Assembly (NCBI GenBank): GCA_963789425.1
Contig: CAWBKM010000006.1
Coordinates: 178,160 to 242,159 of the forward strand
Length of the DNA stretch: 64,000 nt
Origin: an uncultured Acidobacteriaceae bacterium
GTDB taxonomy: Bacteria; Acidobacteriota; Terriglobia; Terriglobales; Acidobacteriaceae
Direction of reading: 5' to 3'
Shown: piece after piece, positions 34,389-43,152 of the stretch
How the letters are laid out: each line of letters starts with the position of its first letter
Position numbering within the stretch: position 1 is the stretch's first letter
The notes under the pieces: generated by a model
What the model was told of the DNA's origin: nothing
Database searches by the model: none
The model's input: the letters and a program-made list of their open reading frames with translations, nothing else
Made by a program: the position numbers and the translations under genes

Positions 34389-35183
34389 ATGCCTCGTTTT
34401 GCCGCCAACCTGACGATGATGTACACGGAGCACAGCTTTCTCGATCGCTTTGCAGCCGCGGCGCGCGATGGCTTCAAGGCTGTCGAATATTTGTTCCCAT
34501 ACGAACACCCGGCCGCGACGCTTGCCGCGCAACTGAAGGAGCATGGCCTGCGCCAAGTGCTCTTCAACTCTCCTCCCGGTGATTGGAAGGCCGGGGAGCG
34601 CGGTATCGCGGCATTGCCCGGCCGCGAGCAGGAGTTTCGCGACGGTTTTTTACTGGCTTTGGAATATGCCGGGGCATTGCAATGTCCGCGGATTCACGCG
34701 ATGGCGGGCATTGCACCCAAGGGAGTTGATCGCGCACATCTGCTCGGCGTGTACACTTCGAATCTTGCGTGGGCCGCGGAGCGGGCGCGGGCGGCAGGCG
34801 TCGATTTGCTGATCGAGCCGATTGCATTGCGCAACATACCGGGATTCTTTCTCAGTCGCCAGGAAGAGGCGCATGCCATCGCGGCGGAAGTCGGCGCTCC
34901 CAATCTCAAAATCCTGATGGACCTGTTTCATTGCCAGGTGGAAGAAGGCGATCTGGCAATCAGGATTCGCAAGTACCTGGCAGACGCGAAACAAACTCGC
35001 GTGGGCCATTTCCAGATCGCAGGAGTGCCTGAGCGTCATGAGCCTGACACCGGCGAAGTTCGGTATGAGTACCTCTTCAAACTCATCGACGAACTCGGCT
35101 ACGATGGCTGGATCGGCTGTGAATACATTCCGGCTGGGGCGACGTCGGCGGGTCTGGGTTGGTTCAAGAAGCAAATCACCTGA
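34389..35183 (+). CDS. Hydroxypyruvate isomerase / 2-oxo-tetronate isomerase (Hyi/OtnI family)
   Basis: [58 protein letters not shown]. Confidence 0.9.
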   Translation: MPRFAANLTMMYTEHSFLDRFAAAARDGFKAVEYLFPYEHPAATLAAQLKEHGLRQVLFNSPPGDWKAGERGIAALPGREQEFRDGFLLALEYAGALQCPRIHAMAGIAPKGVDRAHLLGVYTSNLAWAAERARAAGVDLLIEPIALRNIPGFFLSRQEEAHAIAAEVGAPNLKILMDLFHCQVEEGDLAIRIRKYLADAKQTRVGHFQIAGVPERHEPDTGEVRYEYLFKLIDELGYDGWIGCEYIPAGATSAGLGWFKKQIT

Positions 35184-35190
35184 GGTGTAC

Positions 35191-35300
35191 TAGCCCCGAT
35201 CTCAAAAGCGAATCCCCACCCCGAGACCGGGGGCACCCATTTCATTGGGGAGCTGACGGGAGTGCTATCCCGGGTCCCAAAATCGGGACCCGGGGCACCC
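35191..35300. repeat. Two family-A REP-like palindromes between convergent genes
   Basis: TAGCCCCGATCTC...GAGACCGGGGGCACCC (35191-35238) and TATCCCGGGTCCCAAAATCGGGACCCGGGGCACCC (35266-35300). Confidence 0.8.
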
Positions 35301-35327
35301 CAACTCTGAAGGGTTAACGCAGGTTGC

Positions 35328-36443
35328 CTACTTCACAACGCCAAAGGTAAGCGTCGTCGTCGAGTGCATGGTTTCGCCCGGACGAAGGACCGTACTTGGA
35401 AAATTCGGATGGTTCGGCGAGTCGGGAAAATGTTGCGTCTCCAAGCAGAACCCGGCGTGCTTTTCGTATTTCACGCCGTGGCGGCCGGTGAACGATCCGT
35501 CCAAAAAATTGCCGGAATAAAATTGCACGCCCGGCTCCGTCGTTTCGACCGTCAGCGTGCGCCCGCTCACGGGATCGGTGACAATCGCCGCCAGATGCAG
35601 CGTGCCAATCTTCCCATTCAGCGCCCAGTTGTGGTCGTAACCGCCGGCGATCTTGAGTTGCTCATTGTCGTCGTTGATGCGCGCGCCAATCACCTCCGGC
35701 TTGCGAAAATCGAGCGGCGTTCCCGCCACCGGAGCCAATTCGCCCGTCGGAATGAGCGTCTTGTTTACCGGCGTGTAGCGATCGGCGTTGATCTCAATTT
35801 TGAGATCGAGGATGTTGCCTTTGTCGTCGCCGTGCAAGTTGTAATACGCATGATTGGTCAGGTTCACCACTGTGGGCTTGTCGGTAGTTGCCGTGTAATT
35901 GATGCTCAGGGTATTGCCCTTGAGCGTGTAGCGAACCTTCGCAGTCAGCGTCCCGGGAAATCCCATGTCGCCGTCGGGGCTGACGAGAGTGAACTCGACA
36001 CCGTCCTGCACTTCGTGCGACTGCCAGACGTATCGATCAAAGCCCTTGGTCCCGCCATGCAATGCATTGGTCGGCTCGTTCATCGGAATCTGGTAGGTCT
36101 TTCCGTCGAGCGTGAATTTTCCTCCGGCGATCCGGTTGCCGTAGCGGCCGACGATGGCCCCGATGAAGGGGTTGGGCGTGATCAGGTACGTGCTCAGATC
36201 GTCGTAACCGAGTGCAACGTCCGCCATCTTTCCCGTGCGATCCGGGGCCTTTACGCTCACCAGGTGCGCTCCGTACGCCGTGACTCTCACTTCAATCTGC
36301 CCGCTGGTCAGTGTATAGATCGGGACGGAAACACCGTCCGGTGTCGTTCCAAAAACCGCCATCTTCGTTTCTCCCTTTGCAATAGCCGGAACGGCCACTG
36401 CTACAGCCATGATGATTGCCAAAACGTGAATGATTCGTTTCAC
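35328..36443 (-). CDS. galM: Aldose 1-epimerase (galactose mutarotase) with signal peptide
   Basis: GRYGNRIAGG, NALHGGTKGFD, GFPG, NLTNHAYYNL, YDHNW, GFCLETQHFPDSPN; GTG 36443 gives a signal peptide. Confidence 0.93.
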   Translation of the reverse strand: MKRIIHVLAIIMAVAVAVPAIAKGETKMAVFGTTPDGVSVPIYTLTSGQIEVRVTAYGAHLVSVKAPDRTGKMADVALGYDDLSTYLITPNPFIGAIVGRYGNRIAGGKFTLDGKTYQIPMNEPTNALHGGTKGFDRYVWQSHEVQDGVEFTLVSPDGDMGFPGTLTAKVRYTLKGNTLSINYTATTDKPTVVNLTNHAYYNLHGDDKGNILDLKIEINADRYTPVNKTLIPTGELAPVAGTPLDFRKPEVIGARINDDNEQLKIAGGYDHNWALNGKIGTLHLAAIVTDPVSGRTLTVETTEPGVQFYSGNFLDGSFTGRHGVKYEKHAGFCLETQHFPDSPNHPNFPSTVLRPGETMHSTTTLTFGVVK

Positions 36444-36608
36444 AAGGTTCCTCTTTGCTTCGAATTCCGACGCCGCGGGCAGGTTCAATGAGCCCGGCGC
36501 AGGTTCTCTCTTTGCCGGGTTCAGATTGCGTTCGCGCCCAAAAACGCTGCGTGCCAAATATATCTGAAGCGGCGAACGAACCAAAATCGCGCTCGCACTG
36601 TCGGCTTT

Positions 36609-36774
36609 CAGCCATCAGCCCTCAGCCGTCAGCCCGGTTCGTGCTGGGATGGACGATGGATGGTAGTTCGTGGGGTGGGCGAGGGCGTCGAACTGTAGGA
36701 AGCGCGGCAGCAAGCGAGCCGGGATGTGCGGGCGAGGACGCCCGCACGACAGCCGGCCAGGAGACCGGCGGTAC
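36609..36774. repeat. Heptamer array plus GTAG-like double-hairpin REP
   Basis: GCCATCA GCCCTCA GCCGTCA GCC near 36609; GCGGGCG-AGGA-CGCCCGC and GCCGG-N8-CCGGC-GGTAC at 36728-36774. Confidence 0.6.
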
Positions 36775-37387
36775 AAGGAGCCCCTGCCGCGAGTTATGAA
36801 TGGTGGATTTTGGATGAAAGATCCATGAAATGAGAGAGTTACGGAGTGAAAAAGCACGGGCTGCAAAAGAGCCGACTGCGTGTTGATTCCAAACGGGTTG
36901 TGGGGCGTAAAATGGCGGTAGTTCGGTGCACATTCTCGACGATTCTGAAATCGATTTATTGATTCTAAACGAGTTAAATGGCGAAAATTGAGCGAAACAT
37001 CCTAAACTTTTTCTTAACTTAATTTTCCGCCCTGCGGGGATTGGAAATTCTTCCTTGATTTTCCGCTCTGCGGAGGATGGTCCGGGCCAGCAACGCACCC
37101 ACTCTTGCCGATGAAATTCGGCTGGTAGTCGATGGCGGCCGGGAACGGTTTTGAATGCCATGAAGAATCCTCTTTCATCTTCAAGGCTAGCGATTTGGGC
37201 GAATTAATCGGCAAACTTGGGGGGATTTATTTGCGAGGGCGTAGGAGATGTAGGGGGAAGGAGTTAGGTGCGGCGTGAAGGGGTTACGGGGGAGGCTGGA
37301 CACTTGACAGAAAGGACAGGGAATGAGGGAAGGTCATGGGGCTCCGGGTTCCGGCTGCTTGAATACCGGTAACTGCGATCTCATAAC

Positions 37388-37756
37388 TTAATTGGGAGTT
37401 CGCATCGCTCTCCGAGGCCCCGCGCTAACCGCCTTGCCAGCTTCAGATAAGTCGATCAGCGCATCGAGGCAGGACGCATCGAGTTCCTTGCGCTTGCTTT
37501 GATCAAACAGTACAGAGTCCACGGGAATTTCGCCAATGTACGTCATCGGTGCCTTATTATAAAAATCCCAGTTTCCTTCTCTTACGAGATCCGCGACCGA
37601 GTCGGGAAGAGCGTAGACCGAGTAGTCGGCCGCGTATTCGTCAAGTGCATCATCGAATTCACTTCGGAGTAACACGAATCGCCCTCGATACTGCAGAGCG
37701 ATGTACCGCGGCACGTCCCAAAACCCTCGGTAGCTGAACGGCGTCATCTTAGACAT
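37388..37756 (-). CDS. Hypothetical acidic protein (122 aa)
   Basis: MSKMTPFSYRGFWDVPR...SEFDDALDEY...GNWDF...VLFDQSKR; globular, protein-like composition. Confidence 0.65.
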   Translation of the reverse strand: MSKMTPFSYRGFWDVPRYIALQYRGRFVLLRSEFDDALDEYAADYSVYALPDSVADLVREGNWDFYNKAPMTYIGEIPVDSVLFDQSKRKELDASCLDALIDLSEAGKAVSAGPRRAMRTPN

Positions 37757-37820
37757 CAGGATATCCCCGTTGGCGGCGGCGCAGTTCTGCGGTCGCGATG
37801 GAACCCGTTGGTCCTTTTGG

Positions 37821-37940
37821 GGGTGGCCCATCCTAACGTCTTTGCGCTCTCAACCCAGCACAGCATGGGTGGGCCGCCGGCCTGTACGTGCTTTTGGGTT
37901 CGCGGTATCCCACGTCTCAAAATCGAGACGTGGGGCACCC
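37821..37940. repeat. Family-C element plus family-A REP downstream of the DUF2891 gene
   Basis: GGGTGGCCCATCCT...GCATGGG (37821-37869); TATCCCACGTCTCAAAATCGAGACGTGGGGCACCC (37906-37940). Confidence 0.8.
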
Positions 37941-37989
37941 CTCGGCTGTGGAGAGTTTGCTTCCCGAGACCCGCGCCGCCCGGCCAGAT

Positions 37990-39084
37990 TCAGGGCTCAG
38001 CTGAAATGCCTCGCCTGGTAACCAGATAGACTGCAAAGCTTCCCAGCCAGTGTCCACCCTCGTAGTGCTCCCCTGTCACAGCCGCCAAACCTGCACGCCT
38101 GTGCGCCGCGGCAGTCGCCATGATTGACGGAAGGCGAGCGTCGGTCTTGGGTAAAGCGTGAGCGATACCTTCCAGCATCCATGCCCGGCTGAGATTGAGC
38201 CCATCTAAATGAGCCAGCTTCGGATCGCCTGGATCCGGCGACACAACGGGCTGCAACCACACACGATTGCCCGACGCAGGAATTTGGGGCATGAAAGTGC
38301 GAAGCCAGCGTGCAAACTCCTGGCTCGGCAAGACACGCCGCATCAGGTCCGCTTCGCCGAGGCAGGGTGACAAGAAATCTTCGCCGGACGGCTCGTAGTT
38401 CAGAGGGCAGTTCTTGTCGCTGAGGTAGAACTGCTTTGCTTTGGACACGATCAGTTCGGCAAATTTCCGATCTCCACTGCTGCGCGCATAATCGAACATC
38501 AGACCCAGCGCGAAAGCGGTCTGGTCATGCTCGCCGATTCGTACAGGGTTGGATAGCTTGGGAAGCCAGTTGTTCAGACGTTCCAATACGACTTCCTCAA
38601 GCGGATGCAGATTAGCGGCCATGTCTTTGGCCTGCGGATCATTCCACTCCAGCAGTTCCGCGTCCAGTTGAAGAAGCCATGCCAACCCATATGGACGCTC
38701 AAAACTAGCGCGTCCCTCTCCCCGGAGATATGCCGCCTCCTGCGCGATGTTTTCTGCGGTGAGGCTTTGCTCGAGTGCTTCGCGCGCACTCTGAACGAAC
38801 GGGGCGTTCGGAAAAGTCCTGACCAATCGAACGAGGAGCCAATGCCCGTGCACCGAGGAATGCCAGTCGTAGCACCCATAAAACGCAGGCGTCAGTTTCC
38901 GGGGTGGCGCCACATCCGCATCGCTGTTCAACGTGTGGCTTATGTGATTTGGATACTCCTTGTGCACACAGCTGAGGGCAAGATTCGCAAACCGCTGCGC
39001 CGCGTTGCTATCGAATTGAACCGTGTTTTGCGCGGCAGCACTCATGGTGAAAGACAGGAGAATGGCGCAGAAGTAGAGTTTCAT
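37990..39084 (-). CDS. DUF2891-like secreted protein
   Basis: Signal peptide; KEYPN, PAFYGCYDWHSSVHGHW, SFERPYGLAW, EPSGEDFLSP, HLDGLNLSRAW, HYEGGHWLGSFA. Confidence 0.85.
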   Translation of the reverse strand: MKLYFCAILLSFTMSAAAQNTVQFDSNAAQRFANLALSCVHKEYPNHISHTLNSDADVAPPRKLTPAFYGCYDWHSSVHGHWLLVRLVRTFPNAPFVQSAREALEQSLTAENIAQEAAYLRGEGRASFERPYGLAWLLQLDAELLEWNDPQAKDMAANLHPLEEVVLERLNNWLPKLSNPVRIGEHDQTAFALGLMFDYARSSGDRKFAELIVSKAKQFYLSDKNCPLNYEPSGEDFLSPCLGEADLMRRVLPSQEFARWLRTFMPQIPASGNRVWLQPVVSPDPGDPKLAHLDGLNLSRAWMLEGIAHALPKTDARLPSIMATAAAHRRAGLAAVTGEHYEGGHWLGSFAVYLVTRRGISAEP

Positions 39085-39187
39085 TGGTTAATACCTTAGC
39101 CGAATCACGCTCCAGGCGCGAGTCCACCGCCCTTGCGAGCCATAGGTGTGAGCTTATATGGCTGCAGTGGCTGGTGGATGTGATCGG

Positions 39188-39382
39188 TATCCCACGTCTC
39201 AAAAGCGAGACGTGGGGCACCCGATTCTTGTGCTGGATGGAGTTCGCGAAAGACAGCCGCAGATCCTTCGTCGCCGATGGAATCGTCTCCTCAGGATGAC
39301 AGATTGACGGGGCACCCCATGCCGTGCCAAGTGGAGAGCCGAAAGACACTAGAATGGGCCACCCGCCAACCTGAGGATGACA
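39188..39382. repeat. Family A, B and inverted family-C repeats upstream of the DUF2891 gene
   Basis: Family A 39188-39222, family B 39260-39301, family C (reverse) 39316-39364, partial B (CCTGAGGATGACA) 39370-39382. Confidence 0.8.
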
Positions 39383-39418
39383 AATTGGCGGGAGTCCGAT
39401 CCTCAAAGCTGCAACGTC

Positions 39419-39925
39419 CTATTTCGCCTGCGCCAGCTCCGCAACAACTGCGGCGATTTTGTCGAGTATCTGGTTCCAGCCCTCGAGTTGACCGCTATTT
39501 CTTGCGCTCTCCATGGGTTCATTTCCAATGAAGGTGAGTTTCGTCTGGCCGTTTCCTAAATCCTCAAAGAGAGCTACATCGAACGCACCCTCTATGGACT
39601 CATGTTCTATTCCATATTGCGCGGGGTCAATCTTGTTTCCCAACGTGTCGGCAAAGTACATCAAGGAAACGATCTTTTCAGGCGGAACAATCTCGTGGTA
39701 TTCAACCGCATTCCAAAACTCCTGCCCATCCGGCGCCTTCATGCAGAAGAGAGATTTTCCTCCAACGCGAAAATCCATCTTGCAAACGGGCGAAGTGAAA
39801 CCTTTCGGTCCCCACCACTGCATCACATATTTCGGTTCTGTCCACGCCTTCCAAACCAACTCGCGTGGGGCATCAAATACTCTCGTTACAACCATCCGGT
39901 CTGTCTCGTTAACCGTTCTCGTCAT
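39419..39925 (-). CDS. SRPBCC/AHSA1 (Aha1-like) ligand-binding protein
   Basis: VVTRVFDAPRELVWKAWTEP, QWWGP, DFRVGG, EIVPPEKIV, GWNQILDKI. Confidence 0.9.
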   Translation of the reverse strand: MTRTVNETDRMVVTRVFDAPRELVWKAWTEPKYVMQWWGPKGFTSPVCKMDFRVGGKSLFCMKAPDGQEFWNAVEYHEIVPPEKIVSLMYFADTLGNKIDPAQYGIEHESIEGAFDVALFEDLGNGQTKLTFIGNEPMESARNSGQLEGWNQILDKIAAVVAELAQAK

Positions 39926-40260
39926 CTCTGACCTCCGTCTTTTTTCATTTGATTCACCACCGCATCCAGCTTGTCGAAACTCTCTTCCCAGAATCGGCGA
40001 TAATAAACCGCCCAGTCGCTGACTGTCTTGATCGCCGCTGGCCTGAGCGTGCAGACACTCTCTCGCCCACGCTTCGTTTTGATCACAATTCGCGCCCGCA
40101 CCAGGCAGGCAATATGTTTTGAAATCATCTGCTGCGAGAGCGCAAACGGTTCCGTCAGTCCATGCACAGAAGCGGGCCCATGGCTGAGCCGCTCGATCAT
40201 CGCCCGCCGGGTTGGATCGGACAAAGCCGCAAATGTTGTACCCAATCTATCCACAACCAT
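39922..40260 (-). CDS. ArsR-family transcriptional regulator
   Basis: FAALSDPTRRAMIERL, SQQMISKHIACL, KRGRESVC, RRFWEESFDKL; 4-nt overlap with SRPBCC gene. Confidence 0.9.
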   Translation of the reverse strand: MVVDRLGTTFAALSDPTRRAMIERLSHGPASVHGLTEPFALSQQMISKHIACLVRARIVIKTKRGRESVCTLRPAAIKTVSDWAVYYRRFWEESFDKLDAVVNQMKKDGGQR

Positions 40261-40450
40261 ATGGTAGTGGATTTTCTGCGCCTGTCAAGTGTGAATTTTG
40301 GCGAGTGGCCCACTGAAGCTAACGTGCTGCTGGCGCAGAGTGTGAACGACGGGTCGCACATGTCAGCGAAAGGAGCCTCGAGCCGCCTCGTCGTGGTACA
40401 TTCACTTCACGTCCCCCCAAGTGCCGGTTTCATCATCCGCAACGGAGGTT

Positions 40451-40822
40451 ATGCAAGAAATGAAGAGCGTTCGCAGATCCTTCTCATTGAGTACACTTTG
40501 CCTGGCTTTGGCATGCATGCTGCTGGGCGTCGCGAGTATCCAGACTGCCCGGGCGCAAGCCTCACCCCCGCCCATCGGCACCTGGGCCAACAAGACGGAA
40601 GGGTTGGTGGTTGAGCAGAATGGAACCTGCGGCTTCCTGGTCAACGGCAAGGTCCGCTACTCCGGAACCTGCTATTGGGAAACCCCCTCGGCCAGAGGAG
40701 GGATTCTCGATCTCACGTATCCCATGCCTCTCGCGCCCGGCCACATTCGCTGGAGCGTGATCTGGGTGAACCAGACAAACATTACGCTCGATGGAGATCC
40801 GTTCACCAAGAAGTCGAACTAG
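40451..40822 (+). CDS. Small secreted hypothetical beta-rich protein
   Basis: GGAGG RBS before ATG 40451; signal peptide ending ARA-Q; GTW, CGF...C.W pair; 123 aa. Confidence 0.6.
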   Translation: MQEMKSVRRSFSLSTLCLALACMLLGVASIQTARAQASPPPIGTWANKTEGLVVEQNGTCGFLVNGKVRYSGTCYWETPSARGGILDLTYPMPLAPGHIRWSVIWVNQTNITLDGDPFTKKSN

Positions 40823-40829
40823 GGCGGGT

Positions 40830-40939
40830 TGCATAAATCCCCTAGGTCGGCTTCAAGAACTCAGGGGCTAAAGCCCGGCTTTTTACGGGCCCCATGCGGC
40901 ACGACTAAAGTCGTGCCCTGATACAAAACCATTTATGCA
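40830..40939. mobile_element. MITE/REPIN-like non-autonomous element (family D), copy 1
   Basis: Terminal TGCATAAAT / ATTTATGCA; internal GGGGCTAAAGCCC and GGCACGACTAAAGTCGTGCCCTGATACAAA. Confidence 0.55.
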
Positions 40940-40978
40940 GGCAGTTGTCGGGCGGGATCCCGACTCCGCCGTCGCGAG

Positions 40979-41085
40979 AGCTGCCGCCTGCGTTAAAGCT
41001 GAGGTGCGCCGAGCCGGCGTGAGAATGTCCGCCTTTGCTGAAGCTGCCGCCTGCGCTTGAGCTCCGGCGCGCCGAGACGGCGCGA
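40979..41085 (+). repeat. Imperfect 44-bp direct repeat, 63-bp period, next to the tRNA 3' end
   Basis: Copies start at 40979 and 41042; first 14 nt AGCTGCCGCCTGCG identical; 36/44 matches by manual alignment. Confidence 0.65.
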
Positions 41086-41106
41086 CAACTTTCGCGAAGC
41101 GAAAGT

Positions 41107-41181
41107 TGGTGGGCGCTGTAGGATTCGAACCTACGACTTCCACCGTGTGAAGGTGACACTCTACCGCTGAGTTAAGCGCCC
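41107..41181 (-). tRNA. tRNA-Val(CAC)
   Basis: GGGCGCTTAACTCAGCGGTAGAGTGTCACCTTCACACGGTGGAAGTCGTAGGTTCGAATCCTACAGCGCCCACCA: cloverleaf, GTTCGAATC T-loop, encoded CCA. Confidence 0.97.
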
Positions 41182-41448
41182 GGAAAAGGCATTGGAAGGG
41201 GTCGGCCTGACGGCCCAGCTCCGCCTTTAAACCCGGAGCGAAACAACCAGAGCCGGAGGGTCATTTTCGCGCTTCGTTCAGTCGCCGAACTGTTTCTGGT
41301 TGGCGTCTAAATGGACCTGCGCAAAAAGATCATCCCGTAGGGTAGAGTAACACCAGCAGGGCTTTACGGCCAAACCGCACCCGCTGTCGGCAGCAGTTTC
41401 GCCGCGAGTAGCGCGAGGGCCCCGGAGCCAAGCGGACCATGCTCGAAA

Positions 41449-41481
41449 ACAGGCTCAAGAACAGGCTCAGAAACAGGCTCA
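41449..41481 (+). repeat. Three ACAGGCTCA copies at 12-bp period upstream of the ECF sigma gene
   Basis: Copies at 41449, 41461 and 41473. Confidence 0.7.
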
Positions 41482-41729
41482 GGAGAGCGCGTTCAAGTCG
41501 CCCGGAGAGCGAGTTTCCCCAAGAAGGGGAGGCGATGGCGGAGCCTATCTCGGGCCCCTTTTCCGGCCCCCGGCTGCCCTCCGGTCTGGCCCGCGCCGAC
41601 GCCCTGGCGCAGAGCGCGGAACCCGGGGCCGCGGATGAGGGGTCAGAAGCGGGCACAGGGGATGGGAATTCAGGCGAAGAAACCGCTTACAGTCCGCAAC
41701 ATTCAGGCCCGGATGGGGTTCCAGAAGAT

Positions 41730-42392
41730 ATGGCAACGATGGTCCTTAGCGGTCCTGCGTTGGGTGCGAGCGCGGCTCTTCGGCCGGGCGAGCCGACTGC
41801 GGGCCTCAGGGAGCAATTGGACCCCAAAAGCGACGCAGCCATTATGCTTCGGGTGGCCGAGGGAGACGAGGCCGGTTTTAATTACCTGGCAACAAAATAC
41901 CATCGGCCGATGATTCACTTCCTGTACCGGATGGTCGGGAACCAGGCAGTTGCCGAAGAGTTAGCCCAGGAGGTGTTTCTTCGCGTCTATCGTGCCAGAA
42001 GCAGCTATCGGGCCGAAGCCAGATTTACGACGTGGCTTTACCGGATCGCGACCAACCTGGCGGTGAACCACGCGAGGGACACCCGGCACGAACGGTCGGC
42101 GCAAACGGTGTACCTGGATCAGCCGGACGAGGAGAGTGGCACGACTCCCGACGTGGCTGACGATGAACCGACGGCGGAGCAGCAGTTGCTGCGCGATGAG
42201 CGCATGACCGCGATTCGGCGACACGTGATGGCGCTGCCCGAGAGGCAGCGGACGGCCGTGTTGATGCATAAGTACCAGGGGATGGATTACCGGCAGATCG
42301 GGGACGTGCTGAAATTGAGCGAGTCGGCGACGAAGTCGCTGCTGTTTCGCGCGTACCAGACACTGCGGGACAAACTGAAGGATTTTGTTTGA
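41730..42392 (+). CDS. ECF RNA polymerase sigma-70 factor (start uncertain; ORF open from 41439)
   Basis: GDEAGFNYL, AEELAQEVFLRVY, FTTWLYRIATN region 2; LPERQRTAV...MDYRQIGDVL...SATKSLLFRA region 4. Confidence 0.93.
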   Translation: MATMVLSGPALGASAALRPGEPTAGLREQLDPKSDAAIMLRVAEGDEAGFNYLATKYHRPMIHFLYRMVGNQAVAEELAQEVFLRVYRARSSYRAEARFTTWLYRIATNLAVNHARDTRHERSAQTVYLDQPDEESGTTPDVADDEPTAEQQLLRDERMTAIRRHVMALPERQRTAVLMHKYQGMDYRQIGDVLKLSESATKSLLFRAYQTLRDKLKDFV

Positions 42393-42452
42393 ATGCATGA
42401 GTGAAAAAAAGCCGGAACTTCAAAACGAAGAATCGACCGGCGGAAACATGGG

Positions 42453-42971
42453 GTGGAGACGATGAACAAGTCGAAAACAAATTGCGCGGGAATGGACGCT
42501 GAGCTGGCAGCAGTGCTGCTTGGGTCCGGCCCCGCTTCTGCCAAGGTTCAAGCGCATGTTGCAGAGTGCGAGCATTGCCAGGGCGAGCTCGAGGAGTTGA
42601 AGGCAACCATGCAGATGCTGGATGCCTGGAGAGCCCCCGCGCCCAGCCCCTATTTCCTTACACGGCTTGGGGCCAGGATGCGTGAAGAGCGCGAGGCCCC
42701 GCCGGCGGGATGGCTGGCTGGGACCATCGCGCGGCTGCGCGCTACTGTGGCGTATGGTCCGGGATTGCACGTGCGTCCGCTGGCGGCTGTGGCGCTTACG
42801 GTGATGCTGCTTGTGGGCGGCGGCACTTATCTGGGCGTGACGGACTGGATGCAGCCCGCGCAACCGACTGCGCAGAATGCTGCCGTGGTGCATGACCTGC
42901 AAACTCTGGATAGCAATGCTCAGGTGCTGGACCAGATGGAATCGCTGACCGGCAACCAGAACGGAGATTAG
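42453..42971 (+). CDS. Membrane-anchored zinc anti-sigma factor
   Basis: HVAECEHC (HxxxCxxC) motif, one TM segment, immediately downstream of the ECF sigma gene. Confidence 0.85.
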   Translation: METMNKSKTNCAGMDAELAAVLLGSGPASAKVQAHVAECEHCQGELEELKATMQMLDAWRAPAPSPYFLTRLGARMREEREAPPAGWLAGTIARLRATVAYGPGLHVRPLAAVALTVMLLVGGGTYLGVTDWMQPAQPTAQNAAVVHDLQTLDSNAQVLDQMESLTGNQNGD

Positions 42972-43036
42972 TAGCTAACCATTTCGGCCGCTACACCGGT
43001 TCCTGAGTCACTGTATCGCGAAGCTGTTGCGCTCAA

Positions 43037-43063
43037 GTGGCTCTTTCGCCAAGAAAGAGCCAC
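43037..43063. other. Perfect 11-bp hairpin with GCCAA loop
   Basis: GTGGCTCTTTC-GCCAA-GAAAGAGCCAC; no U-tract. Confidence 0.7.
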
Positions 43064-43152
43064 CTCGCATATCTTCAAAAAGGCTGTAGTAACTCAGGAA
43101 TTGGTTTTGGCGGGAGCCTCACGCCGGAAGGCGCCCGCTCGGAGAACGACTC

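Noticed and set aside
36622-37214. Minus-strand ORFs of 179 and 66 aa in the intergenic region
   Set aside because: No motifs or RBS, and they run through repeat elements.
41107-41181. Integrative element at tRNA-Val
   Set aside because: No integrase and no duplicated tRNA 3' end found; the TGGTGGGCGC match near 15875 is inside PFOR coding sequence.
41287-41310. ECF autoregulatory promoter GAACT...CGTCTAA
   Set aside because: AAC-to-CGT spacing is 13 nt versus the usual 16-17.
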